From: an uncultured delta proteobacterium
GTDB lineage: Bacteria > Myxococcota_A > Polyangia > Palsa-1104
Direction of reading: 5' to 3'
NCBI GenBank assembly: GCA_963785725.1
Contig: CAWAWS010000007.1
Coordinates: 96,001-160,000 of the forward strand
DNA: 64,000 nt
Shown here: piece by piece, positions 41,035 to 52,385 of the stretch
Numbering within the stretch: the first letter of the stretch is position 1
Layout of the letters: every line of letters begins with the position of its first letter
The notes under the pieces: generated by a model
Told to the model about the DNA's origin: nothing
What the model saw: the letters and a program-made list of their open reading frames with translations, nothing else
Databases searched by the model: none
Made by a program: the position numbers and the translations under genes

Positions 41035-41859
41035 TCAGTTGACGCCGCAGGCTCCCAACGTCGCGTAGCAGGCGCCGTCGACGCAGAAGCCGCTGCCGCA
41101 GGCGGCGTCGGCGCTGCAGCTCCGTCGCTGGCAGACGGTGGTCATGCAGGCGAATTGCGCCGGGCAGTCCGTGTCGGACATGCAGCGGATGGTGCGGCAG
41201 TGGCCGTCGCTGTTGCACTGCTGGCCCGTGGCGCAGCTGGCGTCGCCGGTGCAGGCCGGAATGCACAGGTCGTCGCCGCAGCAGTCGACGCTGTCGCACA
41301 CCTGCCCGCTGCCGCAGTCGGAGTCGCTGCCGCAGCCGACGCCGGCCTTGGCGGGGCAGGTGCAGGTGGTGCCGCTCGTGTCGGGCGGCAGGCAGACCGA
41401 GCCGCCCTGCCCGCCGCAGTCGGCGTTGTCGCGGCAGCCCGTGAAGGCGCCGCAGCCGCCGTTGCCGCCGCACGCCACCGCGCTCTCGGTCGCATTGGTG
41501 CAGCCGGCGAACGACTGTCCGGTGCTGCAGCTTTCGGGGCAGTAGTTGGGCGTGCAGCCGCGCGACGACTCGGCCGCGATGCAGCTCGCCTCGTCCAGGC
41601 CGTCGCACCCGCAGTCGACAGGCGCGCAGGGCAGGCGCGGACAGGTGATGTCGGGCGGCGCATCGGCGGCCACGCAGCGGGTGAACGTCGGCGTGCAGCC
41701 GCAGCCGCAAAAGTCGGCGCGACAGGCGCTGTCTGCCTTACAGCTCGTCTCGTCGAGGGTCGTGCAATCGGGGTTGTCGCTGCTGCCGCTGCCGAGCGGG
41801 CGGGTGGCGCAGCCGGACAGCGCGAGCAGGAGCGAGACGAACGGGAGCCAACGCCACAT
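41035..41859 (-). CDS. Cys-rich lipoprotein (CxxDxDC-type repeats)
   Basis: LSGC lipobox; LDExSC twice; many C..D.DC..G..C units. Confidence 0.8.
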   Translation of the reverse strand: MWRWLPFVSLLLALSGCATRPLGSGSSDNPDCTTLDETSCKADSACRADFCGCGCTPTFTRCVAADAPPDITCPRLPCAPVDCGCDGLDEASCIAAESSRGCTPNYCPESCSTGQSFAGCTNATESAVACGGNGGCGAFTGCRDNADCGGQGGSVCLPPDTSGTTCTCPAKAGVGCGSDSDCGSGQVCDSVDCCGDDLCIPACTGDASCATGQQCNSDGHCRTIRCMSDTDCPAQFACMTTVCQRRSCSADAACGSGFCVDGACYATLGACGVN

Positions 41860-41872
41860 GCGCCGAGGCCAA

Positions 41873-41887
41873 GCACACGCCGTGCCC
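41873..41887 (-). promoter_or_regulatory. Sigma54-like GG-N10-GC element 13 nt before the ATG
   Basis: Minus strand GGGCACGGCGTGTGC. Confidence 0.5.
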
Positions 41888-42080
41888 GCGCAAGTGGCCG
41901 ACATGACGAGCGCTGCTCTCACATTTCTGACGCGAGAGCGGCGGAATTCGCGAACGCTGCCGCCCGCGCGGCGCCGCTCGCACTCGCCGACGGCACGGCA
42001 GCCCAACGCGACGCGAGCGGCGTGTTACCGATGCTGGCCGGCGCCTTCGTCATGCGGCGCGGAGAATATCAGGTCGCGCG

Positions 42081-42980
42081 TCAAACCTGGCCCAGGCACT
42101 CGCCGAGCGACGTGTAGCATTCGCCGTCGACGCAGTAGTTGCCGTCGCAGTCGCCGTCGCTCGAGCAGCTGCGCAAGCCGCACAGTCCGCTGGCGCAGTA
42201 GAAGCCGGCCGGGCAGCCGCCGTCACCGCTGCAGGCGATCTGGTCGCAGTGGCCGCCGCTGTCGCAGACGAGGCCGGCGCCGCATTGCGCGTCGCTCGTG
42301 CAGCGGCTCGTGCATTGGTTGCCGCCGCAGCAGGCGACGTAGCTGCAGACCTCGTTTTGGCTGCAGTCGTGGTCGCTGCTGCAGCCGTCCGCGCTGCAGT
42401 TGATGCAGCCGGTCGGCTCGCCGCCCGGCGCTTCGCAGATGCCGTTGGTGCAGTCGCTGTTGTCGCGGCAGCCTGATCCCGGGCAGCCGCTGGTGACAGG
42501 GCAGGCGGGTGCGTTGTCGCTCGGGCCGAGGCAGGTGATGAACGTCTGCGCGCCGCTGCAGTCGGTGGCGCCGCAATACCAAGGGAGACAGCCGATCGCC
42601 TTTTCGTTGGCGATGCAGCTCGCCTCGTCGAGGCCGGCGCAGTTGCAGAGGTGGATCGGCACTTTGGCGGGGCAGGCGAAGCCACCGCTGCCGGCGTCGG
42701 AGCAGCCGACGAAGCTGTTGAAGCTGTTGCCGCAGCTTTCGTCCTCGCAGTAGTCGGCGCGACAGGCGGGATCGCCGTTGCAGCTGGCTTGGTCGCGGCC
42801 GCTGCAGCTGCCGTTGTCTCCGCCGCCGCCGCCGTTGCCGCCGCCGCCGCCGTTGCCGCCGCCAGCGCCGTGACCGCCGCCGCTGCCGGCGTTGCCGCCG
42901 CCGCCGCCGGTATCGCCGAGCGGACGACCGGTGCAGCCGACCGCGAAAACCAAGCTAAGGATGACGATCGATCGAGACAT
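42081..42980 (-). CDS. Cys-rich lipoprotein, paralog of 41035-41859, with GGGGGN linker
   Basis: AVGC lipobox; shared blocks RPLG, CRAD(F/Y)C, GLDEASCIA, GCRDN.DC, CVDG.CY.LG.C. Confidence 0.82.
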   Translation of the reverse strand: MSRSIVILSLVFAVGCTGRPLGDTGGGGGNAGSGGGHGAGGGNGGGGGNGGGGGDNGSCSGRDQASCNGDPACRADYCEDESCGNSFNSFVGCSDAGSGGFACPAKVPIHLCNCAGLDEASCIANEKAIGCLPWYCGATDCSGAQTFITCLGPSDNAPACPVTSGCPGSGCRDNSDCTNGICEAPGGEPTGCINCSADGCSSDHDCSQNEVCSYVACCGGNQCTSRCTSDAQCGAGLVCDSGGHCDQIACSGDGGCPAGFYCASGLCGLRSCSSDGDCDGNYCVDGECYTSLGECLGQV

Positions 42981-42993
42981 GACACCGCTGAAA

Positions 42994-43008
42994 GCACGCA
43001 TCATGCCC
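42994..43008 (-). promoter_or_regulatory. Sigma54-like GG-N10-GC element 13 nt before the ATG
   Basis: Minus strand GGGCATGATGCGTGC. Confidence 0.5.
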
Positions 43009-43084
43009 GCGCAAGTCGTCGATAAGACGTCGTCGACCCTCAGAATTCTGCGGCGCGCCGGCGGAAAGTCGTGCCCGACGCGGG

Positions 43085-44173
43085 TTACGCGAGCGCCGAC
43101 TTGAGCGCGTCGAGCAGCCAGCCGTTCTCTTCCGGCGTGCCGACGGTGATGCGCATGCAGCCGGCGAGCAGCCCGGCGTCGAAGAGGCGCACGAGCACGC
43201 CCCGTTCGATGAGCGCGTCGTGCAGCTTGCGCGCCGCGCCGACGCCGTTGGCGCGGACGAGGATGAAGTTGCCGCCCGACGGAAACGTCTCCACGCCCGG
43301 CATCGTCGCGATGGCCGCGCTCAGCCGCTGCCGCTCGCTCTTGACCTCCGCGAAGTGCGCTTCGACTTCGGCCGCGTGGTCGCTCAACAGCTTGTGCGCC
43401 GCGCGCTGCGACAGCGAATTCAGGTTGTACGGCGGGCGAATCTTCTCGACGGCCGCCAACACTTCGGCGCGCCCGATCAACAGGCCGATGCGCAGCGCCG
43501 CCAGCCCAATCTTCGACAGCGTCTGCAAGACCACGCAGTGCGGATGCTGCAGCGCCAAGTCGACGCAGGTCGGCTGATCGCCGTAAGCCAAGTAGGCTTC
43601 GTCGACGACGGTGATGACGTCGGGATGCAGCGTCAGCAGCTTCTCCACCGTCGAGCGCGGCCACACCGTTCCCGTCGGATTGTTCGGCGTCGCCAAGAAC
43701 ACGAGGTTCGGCTGGTCCTCGTTCACCGCCGCCAAGAGCGCCGCTTCGTCGGGCTGAAACTGCGGCCCCAGCGGCACTTCGATCGGCGTAAGCCCATTGG
43801 CCAGCGCCGCCGTCCGAAACACGACGAACCCCGGCACGGCATACGCGATCGACGCCGGCTTTCCGTCGCCACGCGGCTCGGCGAACGTCGCGCACAAAAG
43901 CGCGATGAGCTCGTCCGAGCCGTTGCCGAGCAGCAGCTGATCGAGCGAAACGCCGAGCCGCTTGGCCAGCAACGTGCGCAGCTGCTTGGCGCTGGCGTCG
44001 GGATAGCGGTGCAGCTCCGTCGCCGCCAGGTCGCGCCCGAGCGCCTCCATCGTCGCCCGCGACAGCGGATAGGGCGATTCGTTGGCGTCGAGCTTGATGG
44101 CATTGGGATGCGCCGCCACTTGGTACGCCGCGGTACCACGCAGCGGTTTGCGTACGCGATCCTGCCAGCTCAT
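43085..44173 (-). CDS. hisC: Histidinol-phosphate aminotransferase
   Basis: KLDANESP, RYPD, GNGSDELI, PNNPTG, VDEAY, TLSK; start overlaps the hisD stop. Confidence 0.95.
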   Translation of the reverse strand: MSWQDRVRKPLRGTAAYQVAAHPNAIKLDANESPYPLSRATMEALGRDLAATELHRYPDASAKQLRTLLAKRLGVSLDQLLLGNGSDELIALLCATFAEPRGDGKPASIAYAVPGFVVFRTAALANGLTPIEVPLGPQFQPDEAALLAAVNEDQPNLVFLATPNNPTGTVWPRSTVEKLLTLHPDVITVVDEAYLAYGDQPTCVDLALQHPHCVVLQTLSKIGLAALRIGLLIGRAEVLAAVEKIRPPYNLNSLSQRAAHKLLSDHAAEVEAHFAEVKSERQRLSAAIATMPGVETFPSGGNFILVRANGVGAARKLHDALIERGVLVRLFDAGLLAGCMRITVGTPEENGWLLDALKSALA

Positions 44174-45441
44174 GGGTGCCTCCGCGTCGTGACCGCGCGA
44201 CCGTGCGCATGCAAGCCCTCGACGTCGGCCAGCCGCACGATGTCGTCGCCGTGCGCCGCCAGCGTCGCCGCGTCCCAGCGCAACAGCGACGTGCGCTTCA
44301 CGAAGTCGTAGACGCCGAGCGGCGACGCATAGCGCGCCGTGCCGCCCGTCGGCAGCACGTGGTTGGGCCCGGCCAAGTAGTCGCCCGCCGCTTCCGGCGT
44401 GTGCGCGCCGACGAAGATCGCGCCCGCGTGCCGCACCTTGCTCGCCGCCGCATCCGCGTCGCGCACCAGCAGCTCGAGATGCTCGGGCGCGTAGCGATCG
44501 GCAAAATCGAGGGCCTCGTCGAGCGAGCCGACCACCAGCGCGACGCCATGGCGGCGGATCGACTCGGCCGCGATCTCCTGCCGCGGCAGCGTCCGCAGCT
44601 GCAGGTCCACTTGCCGCGCCGTCGCTTCCGCGATCTGGTGCGACGTCGTCACCAAGATCGCATAGGCCTCGACGTCGTGCTCCGCCTGCGACAACAGATC
44701 GGCCGCGACGATCGCCGGATCGGCCGCATCGTCGGCGATGACGAGAATCTCCGACGGACCGGCGACGGCGTCGATGTCGACCTGCCCGAACAGCTGCCGC
44801 TTGGCCTCGGCCACCTAGGCGTTGCCCGGCCCGACGATCTTGTCGACGCGCGGCACGCTCTCGGTCCCGTAAGCCAACGCCGCCACCGCCTGCGCGCCGC
44901 CGATGATGAACACGCGATGCACGCCCGCGACCAGCGCCGCATACAGCGTCTCCGGCGACGGGCCCGGCGTCACCATCACGATCTCGTTCACGCCCGCTAG
45001 CTTCGCCGGCACCGCCGTCATCAGCACCGACGACGGATAGCGCGCGCTGCCGCCCGGCACATACAGCCCGACGCGCTCGAGCGGCTGCACGCGCAGCTCC
45101 AGCCGCGCGCCGCCGTCCTCCTGCACGTAGCCGGTCGCGCGCTGGGGCTCGTGAAAGCGCGCAATTCTCGCCGCCGCCCGCTCGATCGCCCGCTGCACGG
45201 CGACGGCGACGGTGCTCGCCTGCGCCTCCCACTCGCCGCGGGGCAGCTCCAGCGCCGTCACCTGCCGCTTTTCGAAGCGCGCCGTCAGCTCGCGCACGGC
45301 CGTGTCGCCGCGCAGGCGTACATCGGCGACGATGTCGCGCACCGACTGCTCCAGCGCCGCCGGCGACAACGACATCCGATCGAGAAGCGCCCGCACGACT
45401 TCGTTGCGCGCGGGGTCGTTCGAGGTCACGATCCGCAGCAT
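44170..45441 (-). CDS. hisD: Histidinol dehydrogenase with an in-frame TAG at 44815-44817
   Basis: [66 protein letters not shown]; both halves in the same frame. Confidence 0.93.
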
Positions 45442-45471
45442 TCTTGCGTCTATAACACACCTCGTCGTCGG

Positions 45472-45499
45472 TTGACTTTCCGACGGGCGCCAGTATATT
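45472..45499 (+). promoter_or_regulatory. Sigma70-type promoter candidate for metK
   Basis: TTGACT-16nt-TATATT; the -35 lies inside a cgtcgg...ccgacg inverted repeat. Confidence 0.5.
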
Positions 45500-45544
45500 T
45501 ACCGTCCCTTACGCGTTAGCGAAATCATCAAGGAGCAACCGCAC

Positions 45545-46813
<1,269 letters not shown>

Positions 46814-46833
46814 GCAGCAGCTGTAACGAATTC

Positions 46834-46876
46834 GAAGGAGCCTCGGCGCGATCGCGTCGGGGCTCTTTCATTTTTT
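46834..46876 (+). terminator. Rho-independent terminator after metK
   Basis: Stem GAAGGAGCCTCGGCGC / GCGTCGGGGCTCTTTC followed by ATTTTTT. Confidence 0.8.
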
Positions 46877-46906
46877 GCGCGCGCGAAACCGGTTATTGTC
46901 GCGCGC

Positions 46907-47791
46907 ATGAACGTCGCATTCTTGGGCCTCGGCACCATGGGCGCGCCGATGGCCGCCAACATCTTGCGCCGCGGTCACGCGCTCACCGTCTGGAACCGGA
47001 CGTCATCCCGCGCGCGGCCGCTCGTCGACGCCGGCGCGCGCCTGGCGGCGACGCCGGCCGAAGCGGCGCGTGGCGCCGACGTCGTGGTCACGATGCTCGC
47101 CGATCCGAGCGCGCTCGACGCGGTCTTGTACGGCGCGGACGGCGTCGTCGCGGCGCTGGCGGCGAACGCGCTCGTCGTCGACATGTCGACCGTCGATCCG
47201 GCGGCCGCGCACAAAGCCGACGCCGCCGTGCGCGCCGCCGGCGGCCGCTTCGTCGACGCGCCGGTGTCGGGCACGCGCAAACCTGCCACCGACGGCACGT
47301 TGGTCATCATGGCCGGCGGCGCGCCCGCCGACGTCGAGCGCGTGCGGCCGGTCCTCGAGTGCATGGGCCGCGTCGTTGCCGTCGGCGGCGTCGGTCAAGG
47401 CATGGCGATGAAGCTGGTGTTGAACGGCCTCGGCGCGCACATGATGGTCGGCTTCTCGGCGACGCTCGTGCTCGGCAAGAAGCTCGGCCTGCCGGCGCGC
47501 GCGATGCTCGACGTCATCGGCGCGGGCGCGTTCTCGTCGCCGCTGTTCACCGGCAAAGGGCCGCGCATGGTCGCGCGCGACTTCGACGCCGACTTCACGC
47601 TCAAGCTGATGCATAAAGATCAGGAGCTCGTGCTCGGCGCCGCGGCTGCCGTCGATTATCCGATGCCGACCCAAGCGGCCATCCGCGACGTGCTGGCGCA
47701 GGCGATCGCCGCCGGCTTCGGCGACGGCGACTTGAGCAGCGTCATCCGCCTGTTCGAGCAATGGGCCGGCGTCACCGTCAGCGACGGCTGA
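46907..47791 (+). CDS. NAD(P)-dependent beta-hydroxyacid dehydrogenase (3-hydroxyisobutyrate DH/GarR family)
   Basis: GLGTMG.PMA, DMST, DAPVSG, MKLVLN, F.LKLMHKD. Confidence 0.92.
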   Translation: MNVAFLGLGTMGAPMAANILRRGHALTVWNRTSSRARPLVDAGARLAATPAEAARGADVVVTMLADPSALDAVLYGADGVVAALAANALVVDMSTVDPAAAHKADAAVRAAGGRFVDAPVSGTRKPATDGTLVIMAGGAPADVERVRPVLECMGRVVAVGGVGQGMAMKLVLNGLGAHMMVGFSATLVLGKKLGLPARAMLDVIGAGAFSSPLFTGKGPRMVARDFDADFTLKLMHKDQELVLGAAAAVDYPMPTQAAIRDVLAQAIAAGFGDGDLSSVIRLFEQWAGVTVSDG

Positions 47792-47858
47792 TCACGTCAG
47801 AAATTTCGCGTGAGAGACGAGCGGGAAGCGTGCGCGGAATGCCTACGCGCCGTAAGCG

Positions 47859-48611
47859 TTAGTTGCCGGCGACGCAGTGGCTGAGCGGGCCCGTCGCATC
47901 CGGCGTGCACGTGTAGCCGTCGCTGCAGACGTGCTGCGGCGCGCTGCCGCCACACACGACCGCTGCCGGCTGCACCATCTCGCACGCGTGCGCCGCGACG
48001 TTGCACTGCGCGATGCGCGTGTCGACGACGATGTACTTCGGGCAGATCGTCGTCGTCTCGGTGCAGGCGTAGCTGACGTCGTAGGCTTCGGCTTCGCTGG
48101 TGTTGATGGCGACCTTGGCGCCGTTGGGGCAGCAGCCCGCCTGCGGAACCGCCATGCAGTCGCTGTCGACGGCGCAGCTGAAGATGCCGCCGCCGGCGAG
48201 CGAGACCGTGAACGTGGCGCGCGCGTAGAAGTACTCGCGGAACGCGATGTAGTACGTGCCGTTGCTGGCGAGCGGCGCGGTGATGTGCGCGTCGGTCGTC
48301 GTCGCGTCGGCGTCGTCGTTCTTGGCCAAGATGTTGTCCTGGCTGTCGAGCAAGAAGGCGACCGCGTCGCCGTCGTTCGAGCGCACCCAGATGTCGACGT
48401 TGTCGCCGACGGCGCCCGTGAACTGCAGCCAGCCGTAGTCGCCGCGCGTCTTGATCGGCTTGGTCGTCGTACCGTACGTGATCGTCGCGATGTTCGTGCC
48501 CGGCGCTTTGTCGCTCACCAGGCTGAACGTATCGTGCACGGGCGCCTTCGCGGCCTGCTGACAGCCGGCCAGAGTGACGAGTGCGAAGAGCGTGCAGAGC
48601 TTGCGGTCCAT
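47859..48611 (-). CDS. Lipoprotein with PPC-like beta-sandwich and Cys-rich C-terminal domain
   Basis: LAGC lipobox; LAKNDDA...GTYYI (pre-peptidase C-terminal-like); CAVDSDC..CC. Confidence 0.78.
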   Translation of the reverse strand: MDRKLCTLFALVTLAGCQQAAKAPVHDTFSLVSDKAPGTNIATITYGTTTKPIKTRGDYGWLQFTGAVGDNVDIWVRSNDGDAVAFLLDSQDNILAKNDDADATTTDAHITAPLASNGTYYIAFREYFYARATFTVSLAGGGIFSCAVDSDCMAVPQAGCCPNGAKVAINTSEAEAYDVSYACTETTTICPKYIVVDTRIAQCNVAAHACEMVQPAAVVCGGSAPQHVCSDGYTCTPDATGPLSHCVAGN

Positions 48612-48679
48612 GATCGTGTCCTACCTTTCGGGTTCGTCCGTTTGACTGCAGTTTGTTGCTGACTTGACGGCCCGCATCA

Positions 48680-48694
48680 GCACGTGTCGTGCCA
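48680..48694 (-). promoter_or_regulatory. Sigma54-type -24/-12 promoter candidate
   Basis: Minus strand TGGCACGACACGTGC, about 70 nt before the ATG at 48611. Confidence 0.62.
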
Positions 48695-48933
48695 CATGTA
48701 GTTTGAACTGATGTCGATAGGTTGCGGATGACGCGACGTGGCGACGGCGGCTTCAGTAGCCGGCTAGCCCTCCGAAATCCGGTGGAAACAGAACTATAGT
48801 GCCGGCGCGGCGTGACCGATCGGAAACGGGCGCTGAGCGCGCACCCTCGCGCGCCGAATTGGCGACAGGAATCAATCAGCTGCGGATGAAAGAGGCGATG
48901 GTGCGGAGGAGGGTGCTGCGGCGGAGCTGAAGG

Positions 48934-50195
<1,262 letters not shown>

Positions 50196-50243
50196 CGGGA
50201 TATCTCCTCATTCGGATACGTTGATGATTGATTCGCACCCGAT

Positions 50244-50272
50244 AAGTACAGCGGAGGCGTGGTAAAGTCAAC
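50244..50272 (-). promoter_or_regulatory. Sigma70-type promoter candidate for ahcY
   Basis: Minus strand TTGACT-17nt-TACTTA, with TG immediately 5' of the -10. Confidence 0.5.
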
Positions 50273-50274
50273 CG

Positions 50275-51834
50275 ATGCGCGCGCCTTCGTCGATGATCAC
50301 CACCCCTCCGGGATGGCAGGCTCATCGGCTCTGGCACGACCTCGACATCGAGATTCATGACCATCGATTGGGCGTGACGATCGCCTGCGTCTGCCTGGCG
50401 CTCTTGGTGCTCGGGCGCGCGCTCTTGCCGGTCGCCGATCGCTCGCGCGTGCGCTTCGCCGTCTTCTTCGTCAGCGTCTACTTGGTGGCGCTGTTCGTCA
50501 AAGCGGCGCTGCTCAATATCGGACAAGAATCGAGCTATTGGATCGTCCACCTCGTCGCCACGGTGACGCTGGCGTGGGCGGTCGTCGGCGTCAGCGGCAT
50601 GTTGACGTTCGACCTCGTCGGCAGCCGCTTCGGCGTGCCCAAGATCTTGCGCGATCTGTTCGTCACCATCGCCTCGCTCGTGACGCTGGTGATGATCTTG
50701 TCGCGCTCGGGCGTGAATCTCTTGTCGATCATCACGACGTCGGCGGTGTTGACGGCCGTGATCGGCTTGGCGCTGCAAGACACGCTCGGCAACCTCTTGT
50801 CGGGCGTCGCGCTGCAGCTGGAGTCGTCGATCTCGATCGGCGATTGGATCCGCGTCGACGATCGCGCCATCGGCAAGGTGCAGGAGATCCGCTGGCGCTC
50901 GACGGTCGTGCGCACGAAGAACGGCGACCTCGTGATCCTGCCGAACGCCATGTTCACCAAAGGCGTCATCACGCTGTTCAACAAGCAGGGCCTGCAGAAT
51001 CGCCGCTGGGTCTACTTCAACGTGCACCTGCGGCATCCACCCAACCTCGTGCAAGAAGTCGTGAATCAGGCGCTCGTCGGCACGCCCAATCTGTCGACGC
51101 AGACGCCGCACGACTGCATCTTGTGGAGCTTCGAGGAGAGCTACGCGAAGTATGCCGTGCGCTATCGGCTGATCGACTTCTTGCCCGACGATCCGACCGA
51201 TTCCGAAGTGCGCAAGCGTATTTGGTACGCGTTGCATCGCGCCAACATCGAGATCCCGTATCCCGGCCACAACGTGTTCTTGACCGAGATGAGCGCCGAG
51301 CGGGCGCAGGTCAAGAACGAGCACGAGCGCGCGCGACGGTTGGCGCTCTTGGCTCGCGTCGGCATCCTAGCGCCACTGGTCGACGCCGAGCGCGCGCACA
51401 TCGCCGACGGCTTGCGCCACGTCGTCTTCGGCGCCGGCGAGACGATTTTGCGCGCGGGCGACGCCGGCGACTCGCTTTTCATCATCCGCTCGGGCCACGT
51501 TTCGGTGCGCATCTGTGTCGATGACCTGGAGAAAGACGTCGCCACCCTGGCCGAAGGTGAGTTCTTCGGCGAGATGTCGCTTTTGACGGGCGAGCCGCGC
51601 CGCGCGACAGTCGTGGCCAAGAGCGACACCGAATGCTACGTGATCGATCGCGCGCTTTTCCAGCAGCTCCTGCAGCGAAATGCCACTCTGGCAGAGGAGA
51701 TCGGCAAGCTCTTGAGTGAACGCGAGATGAGGAACAAGATCGATCGCGAAGGGCTCTCGGCGGAGGCGGCGCGGGTGCACGCCGACCACCAGGCGTTCTT
51801 GTCGCGCATCAAGAGCTTCTTCGGACTTTCATGA
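50275..51834 (+). CDS. MscS-family channel with C-terminal cyclic-nucleotide-binding domain (bCNG-like)
   Basis: IGLALQDTLGNLLSG, IGDWI, IRWRST, IEIPYP; cNMP motif GEFFGEMSLLTGEPRRATV. Confidence 0.92.
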   Translation: MRAPSSMITTPPGWQAHRLWHDLDIEIHDHRLGVTIACVCLALLVLGRALLPVADRSRVRFAVFFVSVYLVALFVKAALLNIGQESSYWIVHLVATVTLAWAVVGVSGMLTFDLVGSRFGVPKILRDLFVTIASLVTLVMILSRSGVNLLSIITTSAVLTAVIGLALQDTLGNLLSGVALQLESSISIGDWIRVDDRAIGKVQEIRWRSTVVRTKNGDLVILPNAMFTKGVITLFNKQGLQNRRWVYFNVHLRHPPNLVQEVVNQALVGTPNLSTQTPHDCILWSFEESYAKYAVRYRLIDFLPDDPTDSEVRKRIWYALHRANIEIPYPGHNVFLTEMSAERAQVKNEHERARRLALLARVGILAPLVDAERAHIADGLRHVVFGAGETILRAGDAGDSLFIIRSGHVSVRICVDDLEKDVATLAEGEFFGEMSLLTGEPRRATVVAKSDTECYVIDRALFQQLLQRNATLAEEIGKLLSEREMRNKIDREGLSAEAARVHADHQAFLSRIKSFFGLS

Positions 51835-52385
51835 CCAAAGACGACTCACGCATCGTCAAGGACCCAATCTGCGGCAAGGACGTCGACACCTTGCGCGCGC
51901 GTGCCGTCGGCATCTTCGGCGGCGTCACCTATTACTTCTGCTCGGCCGAGTGCAAGGCGAAGTATCAGGATCCGCGCCACGCGCCGCGCGCGAACCCCGA
52001 GCCGGCGCCGTGGGCGGCACCGGCGTCGCCGGCCAAGGTGCTGGTCGCGACCGACTCGCCCAAGCGCAAAGCCGAGAAGGCGGCCGAGAAGGCGCGCGCC
52101 GAGAAGGCCGAGCAAAGCGCGCCAATTCCCAAGATTGCCAAAGGCGACAAGAGCGGGCGCGTGCCCAAGGTCGAGCCGGCGGTGGTCGCGGCCAAGACCG
52201 AAGCGAAGGGCGATCCGTCGCATCGCGTCGTCGACTTCGTGGCCGAGCCGTCGTCGCACTTCGAGCAGGCCGAGGAGCTGACGCCGATTCCCGCGGCGCG
52301 CCGTCGATTTCCACTGCTGGCGCTGCTTTTATTGGCGCTGCTCGTTGCCGGCGGAGTCGTGCTCTTTACACTGAAGCATAAATGA
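51831..52385 (+). CDS. YHS-domain protein with C-terminal membrane anchor
   Basis: KDPICG...YYFCSAECK; Lys/Ala/Pro linker; hydrophobic C-terminus; ATGA overlaps at both ends. Confidence 0.85.
   Translation: MTKDDSRIVKDPICGKDVDTLRARAVGIFGGVTYYFCSAECKAKYQDPRHAPRANPEPAPWAAPASPAKVLVATDSPKRKAEKAAEKARAEKAEQSAPIPKIAKGDKSGRVPKVEPAVVAAKTEAKGDPSHRVVDFVAEPSSHFEQAEELTPIPAARRRFPLLALLLLALLVAGGVVLFTLKHK

Noticed and set aside
44815..44817. Pyrrolysine or stop-codon reassignment at the hisD TAG
   Set aside because: Single instance; TAG is used as a normal stop elsewhere (e.g. 658, 6569, 10051, 28337); no pyl genes in the window.
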